A DNA stretch of 64,000 nucleotides from Candidatus Krumholzibacteriota bacterium (GTDB taxonomy: Bacteria; Krumholzibacteriota; Krumholzibacteriia; JAJRXK01): positions 586,029 through 650,028 of the forward strand of contig CAVXTH010000006.1 of NCBI GenBank assembly GCA_963764625.1, written 5' to 3'. The translations under genes and the position numbers were made by a program. This document shows, in pieces, positions 37,159 through 46,953 of this stretch. The first letter of the stretch is position 1; each line of letters begins with the position of its first letter. The notes beneath the pieces were generated by a model. It did not search any database. It was not told the origin of the DNA and was given only the letters and a program-made list of their open reading frames with translations.

Positions 37159-38253
37159 ATGGCAACCCGGCGCCGCATCGTTCGTGCTTTCGCTCTTGGA
37201 GGAGCCAGCGTGATCGCGATGGTGATGCTCCTGGAGCTCGTGCTGCGGCTTTTTCTGGCGAGCCCATTCCACATGGTACGCGACGACCACCTCGGTTTGC
37301 GGGGACGCCCTGACGCGATCGTCATCCAGAGTCGAGAAGGCTATTCCAGAAATCGGTTGAACCACGAGGGAATGGCGGACCACGAGCCCGATCCGAACGC
37401 GTCCGAGCGGATCCTCGTGGTCGGTGATTCCTACACCGAAGCTCTGAACGTTCCACTTCAGGAAAATCTCACCTCGGTTGCCGAGTTCCTTTTGCCCGGG
37501 GCGGAAGTGATCAACGGCGGCGTATCGGGGCGCTCGCCGGTGCAGTCGGTGGCCGCGGCACGCGAATACGCCAAGCACGCTTCGCTCGATGCCATCGTCT
37601 TGCAGGTTTCCGAAGGTGATCCGGAGGAGATGTTTCGTCCTGACCGCCTCTTCCTCCAGCGTGACGAAGACGGACACTGGGAAGAAGTCATCCCACCAGG
37701 ACTGACACGACACACGCCCTTGGGTCGACTGAAGTTATGGCTGATCTCGCACTCTTCCTTGGCAAACCTCGTGGTGCGGCGCATGGAATTGCTTCAAGTG
37801 CAGGAGCGACAGAGGCTGGCTCGGAAGTGGGCCCAGGAGGCGCCGGCATCCACTCCACCGCTCGCGGAGGACGACGAGGTTCTGCTGAAAGCCGCTTCAG
37901 CGATGGACTTTCTGGTCGCCGAGCTACGTAAACTGAGTCCTCGAGTGATCCTTCTGGTGGTGCCCACCCTCGACTACGAGACGCCGGGTCTTCCGCTCGT
38001 GCGGCCGGACCGGGTGGAGTTCTGGGATCGCTATGCGCGCTCGCGTGGGATTCCCCTCGTCGATCCGTCGGCGGCTCTGCGCGAGGATTTCTACCACACC
38101 GACATTCCGGGGAACGGCTTCCAGAACTCAGTGCTCGGGGAAGGGCACCTTAACCGCCGAGGTCACGCGGTGGTGGGGCATTGTCTCGCGGCGACCTTGA
38201 AGGAGGTCCTGGCGGCGTCCAACGGCAAGAAGAGTCACAGTCCGGCCGGCTGA
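37159..38253 (+). CDS. membrane-anchored SGNH/GDSL-like hydrolase
   Basis: N-terminal TM; block I VVGDSYTEA; block V-like GEGHLNRRGH. Confidence 0.55.
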   Translation: MATRRRIVRAFALGGASVIAMVMLLELVLRLFLASPFHMVRDDHLGLRGRPDAIVIQSREGYSRNRLNHEGMADHEPDPNASERILVVGDSYTEALNVPLQENLTSVAEFLLPGAEVINGGVSGRSPVQSVAAAREYAKHASLDAIVLQVSEGDPEEMFRPDRLFLQRDEDGHWEEVIPPGLTRHTPLGRLKLWLISHSSLANLVVRRMELLQVQERQRLARKWAQEAPASTPPLAEDDEVLLKAASAMDFLVAELRKLSPRVILLVVPTLDYETPGLPLVRPDRVEFWDRYARSRGIPLVDPSAALREDFYHTDIPGNGFQNSVLGEGHLNRRGHAVVGHCLAATLKEVLAASNGKKSHSPAG

Positions 38254-38285
38254 CGCACTCAACCCGCCTTGTCCGCGGACCCTTC

Positions 38286-39290
38286 TTAGGAATTGCCCTC
38301 ACGGAAGAGCTCGCGTTGCAGCGAGGAGGAGCCGGACGACTCCGCCGCGTTGTTCGTCTCTTTATCTTCGAAGGAAACGGGGCGAGGGTCGGTTGCTCCC
38401 GCGCGCTGGAGGTCCTTCTTGATCTCGGGGAATTCCTCCTCGAGCCACGAGGGAAATTCCGGCACGTCTTCACCGAGCAGCGCTCGGATCTGCAGGGCGT
38501 TCACCACCGCCTGTCCCTGGAAGTGATTGTTGGTGATGATGTAGCTTTCGCGCGTTCGTGCTGACGGCGACTCGAGCGCTTCGATCCACGGCTTCAGCTC
38601 TTCGAGGCGGTAGCGGTAGTCGTAGCGCTGGTCCCGCCCGGCGCCGGACCGGAACCAGCTCTCGCGATTCCGGCCGTGCAAGCGAAGATAGAGAATCTCC
38701 TGGCTAGACTGGAGCACCGGAGGCAGACTGTTGCCGATCACCGGCTGATCGACGCTCACGACCGCGAGCCTGGAGTCGCCCCGGTGAACCCGTCCCTCCT
38801 CATCTCCCCAGCTTCCGTGGCGTAGCTCGAAGACCACCGGCCGCGATGCGAGGCGATCGGCGAGCTTGAGAAGGTACTCGAAGTGCTCCTCGGTCCGCCG
38901 GAAGGACCAGGGGAACTGGGCGAGGATCGGCCCGAGCCGCCCGCTCTCCTCCAGAGGCTTCAGAAAGTCCTCGAACTCCCGCAGCGCTCGCGGCGAAATC
39001 CGGGGGTCATCGTGGGTGAACGAGCGATGGAGTTTCACGCAGAACCTGAAGTCCTCTCGTTCCCGCACGCGATGGACCCAGGACTGGGAAGTCCTTGGGC
39101 CCGGGATGCGGTAGAAGCTCGAATTGACCTCTAGTGTGGAGAAGAAGCGCGCGATCCACTGCAGGGGGTCGAAGCGCTTCGGGGGCTTGGGTGGATAGAC
39201 ACGGCCCTCCCAATCGGGGTAGCTCCAGCCGGCGGGGCCGATTCGGGGCCGAAATGGGGCCTTCAAAGCGGGTGGGGAAGCGTCTTTCAT
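38286..39290 (-). CDS. DUF72 (YecE-family) protein
   Basis: N-terminal IGPAGWSYPDWEGRVYP signature of DUF72; 334 aa; one of only two minus-strand genes. Confidence 0.75.
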   Translation of the reverse strand: MKDASPPALKAPFRPRIGPAGWSYPDWEGRVYPPKPPKRFDPLQWIARFFSTLEVNSSFYRIPGPRTSQSWVHRVREREDFRFCVKLHRSFTHDDPRISPRALREFEDFLKPLEESGRLGPILAQFPWSFRRTEEHFEYLLKLADRLASRPVVFELRHGSWGDEEGRVHRGDSRLAVVSVDQPVIGNSLPPVLQSSQEILYLRLHGRNRESWFRSGAGRDQRYDYRYRLEELKPWIEALESPSARTRESYIITNNHFQGQAVVNALQIRALLGEDVPEFPSWLEEEFPEIKKDLQRAGATDPRPVSFEDKETNNAAESSGSSSLQRELFREGNS

Positions 39291-39436
39291 GCTCTCAGTG
39301 TAGCGCAGAGCCGGTCCGAGGGCCGCCTGTGGCGTTGACGATCGGTGGAGCCGCTCCTACCATCCGACGAAAGGGTCGAATCCGAGTTTCCGGTGCTTTT
39401 GGCGCCCAGCGAGGAACAACGCATTCCGGAGGAATC

Positions 39437-39892
39437 ATGCGCCTGACGGACACGCTCTCTTGCCGAGGCGGCGGTCGAATGGACGACGCCTTCGAGTTCT
39501 TTTTCGGCGCCAGCCGGGGACGATCGCACCCCTTCGGGATGCAGTCCGACCTGGGCTGGCATCCGGCCGCCGACGTCTATGAAACGAAAGATGAATTCAT
39601 CATTCAGATGGACCTGGCGGGCATGAAGCGCGACGAAATCGAGGTCCTCATCGAGGACGATTTCGTGCGAGTGCGTGGAGAGAGAACCAACATTGCTCCC
39701 GCGGGGAAGAAGCACTTCCACAAAATGGAAATTCAGATCGGACCCTTCGAGCGACACATCCAAGTCCCCGACACCGTGGACCTTTCAAGCGCGAGCGCAT
39801 CGTACCGCTCCGGGTTTCTGTTCATTCGCCTGCGGCGAGGAAATCTGACGCCCTCGCCACCGCGTAGCATTCCCATCGAGCAGAAAGACTGA
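39437..39892 (+). CDS. Hsp20/alpha-crystallin small heat-shock protein
   Basis: ACD core (PAADVYETKDEFIIQMDLAGMKRDEIEV...GFLFIRL); GGAGGA RBS. Confidence 0.8.
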   Translation: MRLTDTLSCRGGGRMDDAFEFFFGASRGRSHPFGMQSDLGWHPAADVYETKDEFIIQMDLAGMKRDEIEVLIEDDFVRVRGERTNIAPAGKKHFHKMEIQIGPFERHIQVPDTVDLSSASASYRSGFLFIRLRRGNLTPSPPRSIPIEQKD

Positions 39893-39914
39893 CGACCGCC
39901 CCGGCCAAGGAGAC

Positions 39915-42299
39915 ATGGTGTCCACAGAGAAGCAGCAGCACCAACCGGAGATGTCCATGGAGCTCGGTCGAATTCCGACGAGCATGGCCATACTGCCCAT
40001 CAGTGAGGCCGTGGTGTTTCCGTACATGATGGTGCCCTTGGTTCTGTCCGATCCCAATCTCATTCGTCTCGCCGACGACGCGCTTGCCGACGCGAAAGTC
40101 CTGGGCACCTTCGCGCAGCTTCCGGCCAGGAACGAAGAAGAGGAGGAACCGCCGTTCGGCGAGGACATCTACGAGGTCGGCACCGCGGTGGCGATCCAGA
40201 AGATGCTGCGCTTTCCCGACGGGAGCATGCGTCTCTTGGGGCAGGGCGTCGCGAGAATCCGCCGCAAACGCTACAAATCGACCGAGCCGTATCTGGTCGC
40301 CGATGTCGAGGTGCTCGAGGAGCTTCCCGCCACCGATACGCGAACCATCGCCCTGATGCGGGGGGTTGCGAACAACTTCATCAAGATCGTCGAATCGAGC
40401 GAAGCGCTGAGCGATGAGCTGAGAGTGGTCGCGATGAACATCGACGATCCGGGACGTCTCGCGGACATGGTTGCGACGAACCTGGAGATTTCCGTCGAAG
40501 AGAAGCAGGAGGCGCTGGAGATTCTTCATCCGCGGAAGCGGCTGGAGATGCTGAGCAAGGTCGTGCTGCGCGAGTTGGAGGTGGTGGAGCTCGGGGAACG
40601 CATCCAGAGCCGCGTGCGCAAGGCGATGGACAAGGACCAACGGGAGTACTACCTGAGGCAGCAGCTCAAGGCGATCCAACGTGAGCTGGGTGACGTCGAT
40701 CAGAGTACGGTCGAACTGGACGAGTTGAGAGAGGCGATCGAGGAGGCCGCGCTGCCCGACTCCGTGCGGGAGGTCACGGTCAAGGAATTCGGACGGCTCG
40801 CGCGCATGAGTCCAGGTGCGAGCGAATACACAGTCTCGATGACCTACATCGATTGGATCCTCGATCTGCCGTGGCTGAAGTCCACCGAGGACAACCTGAA
40901 TCTCAAGCGGGCGGAGAACATTCTCGAACGCGATCACTACGGGCTCCACGACGTGAAGGAACGCATCCTGGAGTTCCTCGCGGTCAAGAAGCTCAAGAGC
41001 GACATGCGCGGACCCATCCTCTGTCTCGTCGGCCCTCCGGGCGTTGGCAAGACGAGTCTGGGCAAGTCGATCGGCGAGGCGATCGGGAGGAATTTCTATC
41101 GCCTGAGCCTGGGAGGAATGCGAGACGAAGCCGAGATCCGCGGCCACCGGCGCACGTACGTGGGCGCAATGCCCGGTCGAATTCTGCACGGCATCAAGAC
41201 CGCAGGATCGAGGAATCCTCTCATCATGCTCGACGAGATCGACAAGCTGGGCAGTGATTTTCGGGGCGATCCGGCCAGCGCGCTTCTCGAAGTGCTGGAT
41301 CCAGCCCAGAACAACACCTTCACCGATCACTACCTCAATATGCCCTTCGATCTCTCTGACGTGCTTTTCATTTGCACCGCGAACATGTTGGACACCATCC
41401 CCAGGCCGCTTCTCGACCGTATGGAGATCATTCACATCGCGGGATACACGCGCCTCGAAAAGTTGGAGATCGCCAAGCGTTACTTAGTGCCGCGCCAGGT
41501 GACCGAGAACGGTCTCACGCGGGGCAAGATTCGCTTCACCGACGCGTCGATCACCCACATGATCACCGAGTACACGGCCGAGGCGGGAGTTCGAAACTTG
41601 GAGAGGACGATCGGGAGCATTTGCCGCAAAGCCGCACGCGGTTTCGCGACGGGCAAACGCAAGCCGGTGAACATCTCGGTGAAGAACCTCGAAACCTATC
41701 TCGGAGTTGCCCACTTCGCCGAGGACGAGAGAAAGAGCCATCCGATGATCGGAGTCACGGCTGGCCTCGCCTGGACCTCGGTGGGAGGGCGGATTCTTTT
41801 CGTCGAGGCGGTGGAGATGCCGGGTAATGGAAATCTGCGGCTGACCGGACAACTGGGAAGCGTGATGCAGGAATCGGCGCAGGCCGCATTGAGCTACATC
41901 CGCTCGCGCTACTCGAAGACCGAAGAGCAAGCGAAGTGGTTCAGCACTCATGACATCCACATCCATCTTCCTGCCGGGGCCGTTCCCAAGGACGGACCCA
42001 GCGCGGGGGTGGCAATCGCGACCTCGCTGATGAGCCTCTTCCGCAAGATCCCGGTTCACCACCGGGTTGCCATGACGGGCGAAATCTCACTGACGGGGGA
42101 GGTGATGCCTATCGGTGGTCTCAGCGCCAAGATCCTCGCCGCCCATCGAGTGGGCATGCGGGAGGTCATCATCCCGGCCGCGAACGAGAAGGACCTCGAG
42201 GACCTCCCTGAGGAGGTGACCGGGGCGATCGATTTCCACCCGGTCTCCTGGGTGGAAGAGGCTTGGAAAGTTGCCCTCACCCGAGACTTTCAGGAGTAG
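39915..42299 (+). CDS. lon: ATP-dependent Lon protease
   Basis: LON N-domain; AAA+ (GPPGVGKTSLGKSIA); S16 protease domain with catalytic DGPSAG; 794 aa. Confidence 0.9.
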   Translation: MVSTEKQQHQPEMSMELGRIPTSMAILPISEAVVFPYMMVPLVLSDPNLIRLADDALADAKVLGTFAQLPARNEEEEEPPFGEDIYEVGTAVAIQKMLRFPDGSMRLLGQGVARIRRKRYKSTEPYLVADVEVLEELPATDTRTIALMRGVANNFIKIVESSEALSDELRVVAMNIDDPGRLADMVATNLEISVEEKQEALEILHPRKRLEMLSKVVLRELEVVELGERIQSRVRKAMDKDQREYYLRQQLKAIQRELGDVDQSTVELDELREAIEEAALPDSVREVTVKEFGRLARMSPGASEYTVSMTYIDWILDLPWLKSTEDNLNLKRAENILERDHYGLHDVKERILEFLAVKKLKSDMRGPILCLVGPPGVGKTSLGKSIGEAIGRNFYRLSLGGMRDEAEIRGHRRTYVGAMPGRILHGIKTAGSRNPLIMLDEIDKLGSDFRGDPASALLEVLDPAQNNTFTDHYLNMPFDLSDVLFICTANMLDTIPRPLLDRMEIIHIAGYTRLEKLEIAKRYLVPRQVTENGLTRGKIRFTDASITHMITEYTAEAGVRNLERTIGSICRKAARGFATGKRKPVNISVKNLETYLGVAHFAEDERKSHPMIGVTAGLAWTSVGGRILFVEAVEMPGNGNLRLTGQLGSVMQESAQAALSYIRSRYSKTEEQAKWFSTHDIHIHLPAGAVPKDGPSAGVAIATSLMSLFRKIPVHHRVAMTGEISLTGEVMPIGGLSAKILAAHRVGMREVIIPAANEKDLEDLPEEVTGAIDFHPVSWVEEAWKVALTRDFQE

Positions 42300-42301
42300 A
42301 C

Positions 42302-43363
42302 GTGCCGCCTTCGTTTCTTTCGCGGGTTCTGGGGCGCCCCACCAACGGGGCGGTCGCTAGCAAAGACGCCTTCCGTCTGCCGGGCGCTCTGTTCGACGGC
42401 GTACGTGTGCTCCTCATCGACTCGGGCGATTACACCGATCTGCTCTTCGCCATGCCTCTGATCGAGGAGATCCACGACCGCTTTCCCAATTCGAAGGTGG
42501 GGCTCGTCAGCGACGACCGGGCCCATTATCTCGCCCTTTCGAGCGGTGCATTTCACGAATTGGTTGTGTATTCCCCCGAACAGTTGAACTTGAACTCGAA
42601 GGGCTTCGAAAACCTGGCCGAGGCGGTGCATGCCGAGCCCTGGGACGTGGCGATCCTCCTGGGCCGGGGACCCGATCAGGCGCGGGAGGAGTTGGCTCTG
42701 GCCAGCGGGGCCCAGCTCCGGGTAGGGGCGGCGCACGCGAAGAGCTACCCGCGGATCAACTGCGCGGTGCGCGCCACTCGCGAGGCCCACTACCCGTATC
42801 GGCGCACCGCGACCTGGGGCAAGCTCTTCGGCCTTCCCCTCGACCACGCGCCCCTGCACTGGCCGTTGCCGGATTCCAAGGTACGCCAGGTCGCTCAACT
42901 GGTGCACTTCAACAAACCGCGCAAGGACGAGCTCCTCATCGGAGTCGATCCGGGGCAGGGCAAGGTAGGCACTCTGTTGGGGGCGGAGAACCTGGCCTTT
43001 TTGGCCAACCATTTGGGGAAGCGAATTCGCTCCAAGACATTGGTGCTCTCGGCGGACGAGAACACCGAAAGAGTGGCCGAATTCAGCGCACTCCTCACTC
43101 TGGAGAAACTGGAGCTGCCCCGTCCCACGCTGCTGGAAACAGTACTCCTCTTGAGCCAGTGCGAGGTCCTGGTGGCCGGAAACACCGATCTATTCCATTT
43201 TGCCGTCGCCCTGGGAGTGCCCGCGCTTGGCCTCTTCACCTCGCGCGATGGAAAGCGTTGGCGTCCCGACGAGGGAGAGCGCGTGGAGATTCTCGAACTC
43301 GAAGATGGCGGAAATCTCGAACTCTCCACCGTGTCGACTTGCTTCGATCGTCTTATCGGATGA
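42302..43363 (+). CDS. glycosyltransferase family 9 (LPS heptosyltransferase-like)
   Basis: GT9 architecture (RVLLIDSGDYTDLLFAMPLIEEI ... VAGNTDLFHFAVALGVPALGLF); GTG start with AGGAG RBS. Confidence 0.65.
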   Translation: MPPSFLSRVLGRPTNGAVASKDAFRLPGALFDGVRVLLIDSGDYTDLLFAMPLIEEIHDRFPNSKVGLVSDDRAHYLALSSGAFHELVVYSPEQLNLNSKGFENLAEAVHAEPWDVAILLGRGPDQAREELALASGAQLRVGAAHAKSYPRINCAVRATREAHYPYRRTATWGKLFGLPLDHAPLHWPLPDSKVRQVAQLVHFNKPRKDELLIGVDPGQGKVGTLLGAENLAFLANHLGKRIRSKTLVLSADENTERVAEFSALLTLEKLELPRPTLLETVLLLSQCEVLVAGNTDLFHFAVALGVPALGLFTSRDGKRWRPDEGERVEILELEDGGNLELSTVSTCFDRLIG

Positions 43364-43417
43364 TCGACCGAGTCGAAATCCTTCCGCCCGACTCTCAACG
43401 AAAGAATCGCCGCGAGT

Positions 43418-45361
43418 ATGCGTGACTGGCTCCGACTGCTGGGAATGTTGCGTTCCTATCGACGCCAGAGCGCCATGCTGGTCGTAAGCATTTTCTTGGC
43501 CTCGGTGCTTTCCACCGTCGGGATCACCTTCATCTCACCGCTCTTGCGAATCCTCTTCCTCGACCAACCGGCAACGCCTGCGGTGGAGATGGTCCACAGC
43601 GCCGGTCAAGAGGCAAACCCCAACGGTGCGGCGGTGCGGGAGGAGACGGCCAAGCCGAACCCGTCGAACGCGATTCCGGTTCCCGAGAAACTCTCGCGTG
43701 CGCGGCACGGAATCCAGACCTGGGTCGAGAGTCATCTGTACAAAGGCGATCGGGGCGCGATGCTCTTGCGCGTCTCGGTGTTGCTCTTCTTGCTCTACCT
43801 GGCCAAGAATCTCTTCGCCTTCGCCCAGGGAGGTCTTACCGCCATCCTCGAGCAGAAAGTCATCTACGACATTCGGCAGAACCTGTTCCAGGCCATCCAG
43901 AGCATGCCGTTGCGATACTTCTCCCAGGAGAGAACCGGCTATCTGATGAGTCGGGTGATCATCGACGTCGATATGATGCGCGGAGGGCTTGTGGGCTGCG
44001 CCTCGCAGATCCTGTCCAACACGATCATGGTCACTTTCGCCCTGGTGCTGGTGCTGTGGTGGAGCTGGCAACTCTCCTTGGCCACTTTGATCATTGTTCC
44101 GCCCAACATCCTGCTCATGGGCTATCTCAGCAAGAAGATGCGCAAGGGAAGCCATCGGACGCAGGAATCGATGGGAGCGCTCGCCACGGTCTTGCAGGAA
44201 ACCATCGCGGGAATTCGCATCGTGAAAGCATTCACCATGGAAGCGGCGGAGAAGTTGCGCTACGGAAAGGAGAATCAGCGCTACTACAAGGCCTACACCA
44301 AGATGAAAGTGCTCGAGGCCCTCTCCTCGCCAGTGAGCGAGGTGTTGGGAATCGCCACCGCGGTCGTGATCCTCGCTTTCGGCGGTCACCTCGTTCTCGC
44401 CGGAAGGCTGCGCCCCGATCTTTTGGTGGCGTTTCTCGGCGTCATGCTCTGGGTCATCGGTCCCATCAAGAACCTCATCAAGGTGAACAGCACCCTGCAG
44501 CAGAGCCTGGCTGCGGCCCGACGGGTGTTTCTCATTCTCGACTCGGAGAAAGAAGAGCTCAACGAGAACGGACTTCGAGAGTTCGACGGCCCCCGCCAGG
44601 CGATCGTGTTCGACCAGGTCTCGTTCGACTATCGCAACGACGTGGCGGTGTTACGCGACATTTCGCTTACGATTCCCGCGGGGAGCACGCTGGGAATCGT
44701 GGGACCCTCAGGAGCGGGCAAGTCGACCCTGGTCGATCTCATCCCACGCTTCTACCATCCCAGCGCGGGCCGGATCACTCTTGACGGCGTTAATCTGGAA
44801 GACATCTACCTTCCCACGCTGCGGTCGCTGGTGGGGGTGGTGACGCAAGAGGTCATCCTCTTCAACGATACCATCTCTTCGAACATCTCCTACGGTTCCT
44901 CGAATGCCACCCGCGAGGCCATCATCGCGGCCGCGAAGGCCGCGAACGCGCATGATTTCATCAGCGAGTTTCCCGAGGGCTACGAGACGACCGTGGGGGA
45001 GAGAGGAACGCAGCTCTCCGGAGGCCAGAGGCAGCGGATCGCGATCGCGCGGGCGATCCTCCGCGACCCACCAATTCTCATCTTCGACGAAGCAACCAGT
45101 TCCCTGGACACCGAGAGCGAAAAGCTGGTGCAGGAAGCGATCGAGAGGTTGGTGGAGGGACGCACCACGATCGTGATCGCGCACCGTCTTTCGACCCTGG
45201 TGCGCGCCGACAGTATCGTGGTGCTGGAGGACGGCCGCATCGTGGAGGAGGGTGTGCACGAGAGTCTGCTCGAGCATCAGGGCGTCTACCGGAGGTTGTA
45301 TGAGCTCCAGGACAGCGGGCGACCGACCAAGCCTGGCCCTTCTCCCGAACTGGCTGGGTGA
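43418..45361 (+). CDS. msbA: ABC transporter permease/ATPase (MsbA-like lipid A/LPS core exporter)
   Basis: 6-TM ABC exporter domain plus NBD (GPSGAGKST, LSGGQRQRIAIARA, ILIFDEATS); located inside the heptosyltransferase cluster. Confidence 0.75.
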   Translation: MRDWLRLLGMLRSYRRQSAMLVVSIFLASVLSTVGITFISPLLRILFLDQPATPAVEMVHSAGQEANPNGAAVREETAKPNPSNAIPVPEKLSRARHGIQTWVESHLYKGDRGAMLLRVSVLLFLLYLAKNLFAFAQGGLTAILEQKVIYDIRQNLFQAIQSMPLRYFSQERTGYLMSRVIIDVDMMRGGLVGCASQILSNTIMVTFALVLVLWWSWQLSLATLIIVPPNILLMGYLSKKMRKGSHRTQESMGALATVLQETIAGIRIVKAFTMEAAEKLRYGKENQRYYKAYTKMKVLEALSSPVSEVLGIATAVVILAFGGHLVLAGRLRPDLLVAFLGVMLWVIGPIKNLIKVNSTLQQSLAAARRVFLILDSEKEELNENGLREFDGPRQAIVFDQVSFDYRNDVAVLRDISLTIPAGSTLGIVGPSGAGKSTLVDLIPRFYHPSAGRITLDGVNLEDIYLPTLRSLVGVVTQEVILFNDTISSNISYGSSNATREAIIAAAKAANAHDFISEFPEGYETTVGERGTQLSGGQRQRIAIARAILRDPPILIFDEATSSLDTESEKLVQEAIERLVEGRTTIVIAHRLSTLVRADSIVVLEDGRIVEEGVHESLLEHQGVYRRLYELQDSGRPTKPGPSPELAG

Positions 45362-46358
45362 TTTGGTGATGGCCTTGCCGGCTCTACGGTGTCTCCAGGA
45401 GGAGGGACCGGTAGTGGGCGTGGGCGCGCCGGCCCTGCTGGAGCTACTCGAGGATCTCGGCGCGGTCGATGCGAGCGTGCGTTACGAGCGCCGCGGCGCC
45501 GACCGGGGCCCGCGGGGTCTGTGGCGCACCGCGCGGCGGTGCGCGCGCTTCCATCCGCGCAGGGCCTTGATCTTTCCGCCCTCCTTTCGCGCGGCTCTGT
45601 TGGCCTTTCTCAGCTCGTGCCCTCATCGACGCGGTCATCCGGTCGACGGACGGCGGTTCCTGTTGAGCGATCCCTATCCGCAGCCGAGCCCGCCGCGCAG
45701 CCGGCATCAAGCCGAAGTCTGGTGGGCCATGGCGAAGGGGGTGGAGCTGGACGAGACGCCTCCGCAAGCAGCGCCCCTCGTTCCAGGAAAGGGCTCGCGA
45801 AGAGCTCTTGGCGCCCTGCGCGCGCGGATGAAGCGGCTGGCCGCACCCGGGCGCTACGCGGTGCTTGCGCCCGCGGTCCGCTATGGGCCAGCTAAGCAAT
45901 GGCCAGCCAATAACTTCGCTGTATTATCTCAGAAGCTAGTTGAAGAGATGAATCTGCAGGTGGTGGTGGTCGCCGGGGCCGGAAGCGAGGAAGCGGGGGT
46001 GGCGGAGGCGGTGGAGCACGCGGCCGCGGTGGTGAATCTGGCCGGACAGACCGATTTGTTGGCCCTGAGTGGATTGCTCCATGAGGCCGCGCTCTTCGTG
46101 GGGAACGACAGTGGTCCGGCGCACCTGGCGGCCGCGCTGGGGACGCCCACGGTGACGATTTTTGGTTCGACGAACCCGATCTGGACCGCGCCGCGGGGAG
46201 AACGGGTGAGAATCGTGGGTCCCCATCCGGTGCCGTGCAGCCCGTGTTACTTGAAGAGCTGCCCCATCGGTCTGCCCTGCCTCGAGGAGTTGGGGGTGGA
46301 GCAGGTGTTTCAGGAAGTTCTCGAACTCGTGCGCGGAGAGAGTGCAAGCGATGTCTGA
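45300..46358 (+). CDS. glycosyltransferase family 9 heptosyltransferase (WaaF/WaaC-like)
   Basis: LALLPNWLGDLVMALPALRCL N-terminus; C-terminal VGNDSGPAHLAAALGTPTVTIFG GT9 signature. Confidence 0.75.
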   Translation: MSSRTAGDRPSLALLPNWLGDLVMALPALRCLQEEGPVVGVGAPALLELLEDLGAVDASVRYERRGADRGPRGLWRTARRCARFHPRRALIFPPSFRAALLAFLSSCPHRRGHPVDGRRFLLSDPYPQPSPPRSRHQAEVWWAMAKGVELDETPPQAAPLVPGKGSRRALGALRARMKRLAAPGRYAVLAPAVRYGPAKQWPANNFAVLSQKLVEEMNLQVVVVAGAGSEEAGVAEAVEHAAAVVNLAGQTDLLALSGLLHEAALFVGNDSGPAHLAAALGTPTVTIFGSTNPIWTAPRGERVRIVGPHPVPCSPCYLKSCPIGLPCLEELGVEQVFQEVLELVRGESASDV

Positions 46359-46953
46359 GAACCAGCAAAGGAAATGGCGCGCCGTGGTCTGGCTCGACCG
46401 GGACGGAACGCTCGTCGACGACCCGGGCTATCTCGACGACCCGGTGCAGCTTCGTCTCCTTCCGAACACGGCGCGCGCGGTGGCGCGACTCAACGCGGCC
46501 GGGTTTTGCGTGGTGCTCATCACCAATCAGAGCGGCATTGCGCGTGGTTTGATGAGTCGCGAGACGGTCGAGGGCATTCACGCCGCGCTCCGCGAGATCT
46601 TGGCACGCGAATCGGCCCATCTGGACGGCATCTATTTCTGCCCGCACCTTCCGGCCGAGGAGACGAAGCGGGGGGAAGAGCCCTGCGCGTGCCGCAAGCC
46701 AAAAAAGGGTCTGGTGGTTCGTGCCACGCAGGAGCTCGGTCTTGGAGGCCTTCCCTCGGTCGTGGTGGGAGACAAGGCGAGCGATCTCGAACTGGCGCGA
46801 CGGATTGGCAGTCGCAGCGTACTCGTGCGGACGGGCGAGGGCCGAAGCACCGAGGGTTCTCTCGAGCGCTCTTCCGTCACCGCGGACCACGTGAGCGATG
46901 ACCTCGCAGGGGCGGCCGAGTGGATCGTGAGCACCCTGGGGCGGGCTCGATGA
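46351..46953 (+). CDS. gmhB: D-glycero-D-manno-heptose 1,7-bisphosphate phosphatase
   Basis: HAD motifs (VVWLDRDGTLV; CACRKPKKGL zinc-binding insert; VVGDKASD). Confidence 0.85.
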   Translation: MSENQQRKWRAVVWLDRDGTLVDDPGYLDDPVQLRLLPNTARAVARLNAAGFCVVLITNQSGIARGLMSRETVEGIHAALREILARESAHLDGIYFCPHLPAEETKRGEEPCACRKPKKGLVVRATQELGLGGLPSVVVGDKASDLELARRIGSRSVLVRTGEGRSTEGSLERSSVTADHVSDDLAGAAEWIVSTLGRAR

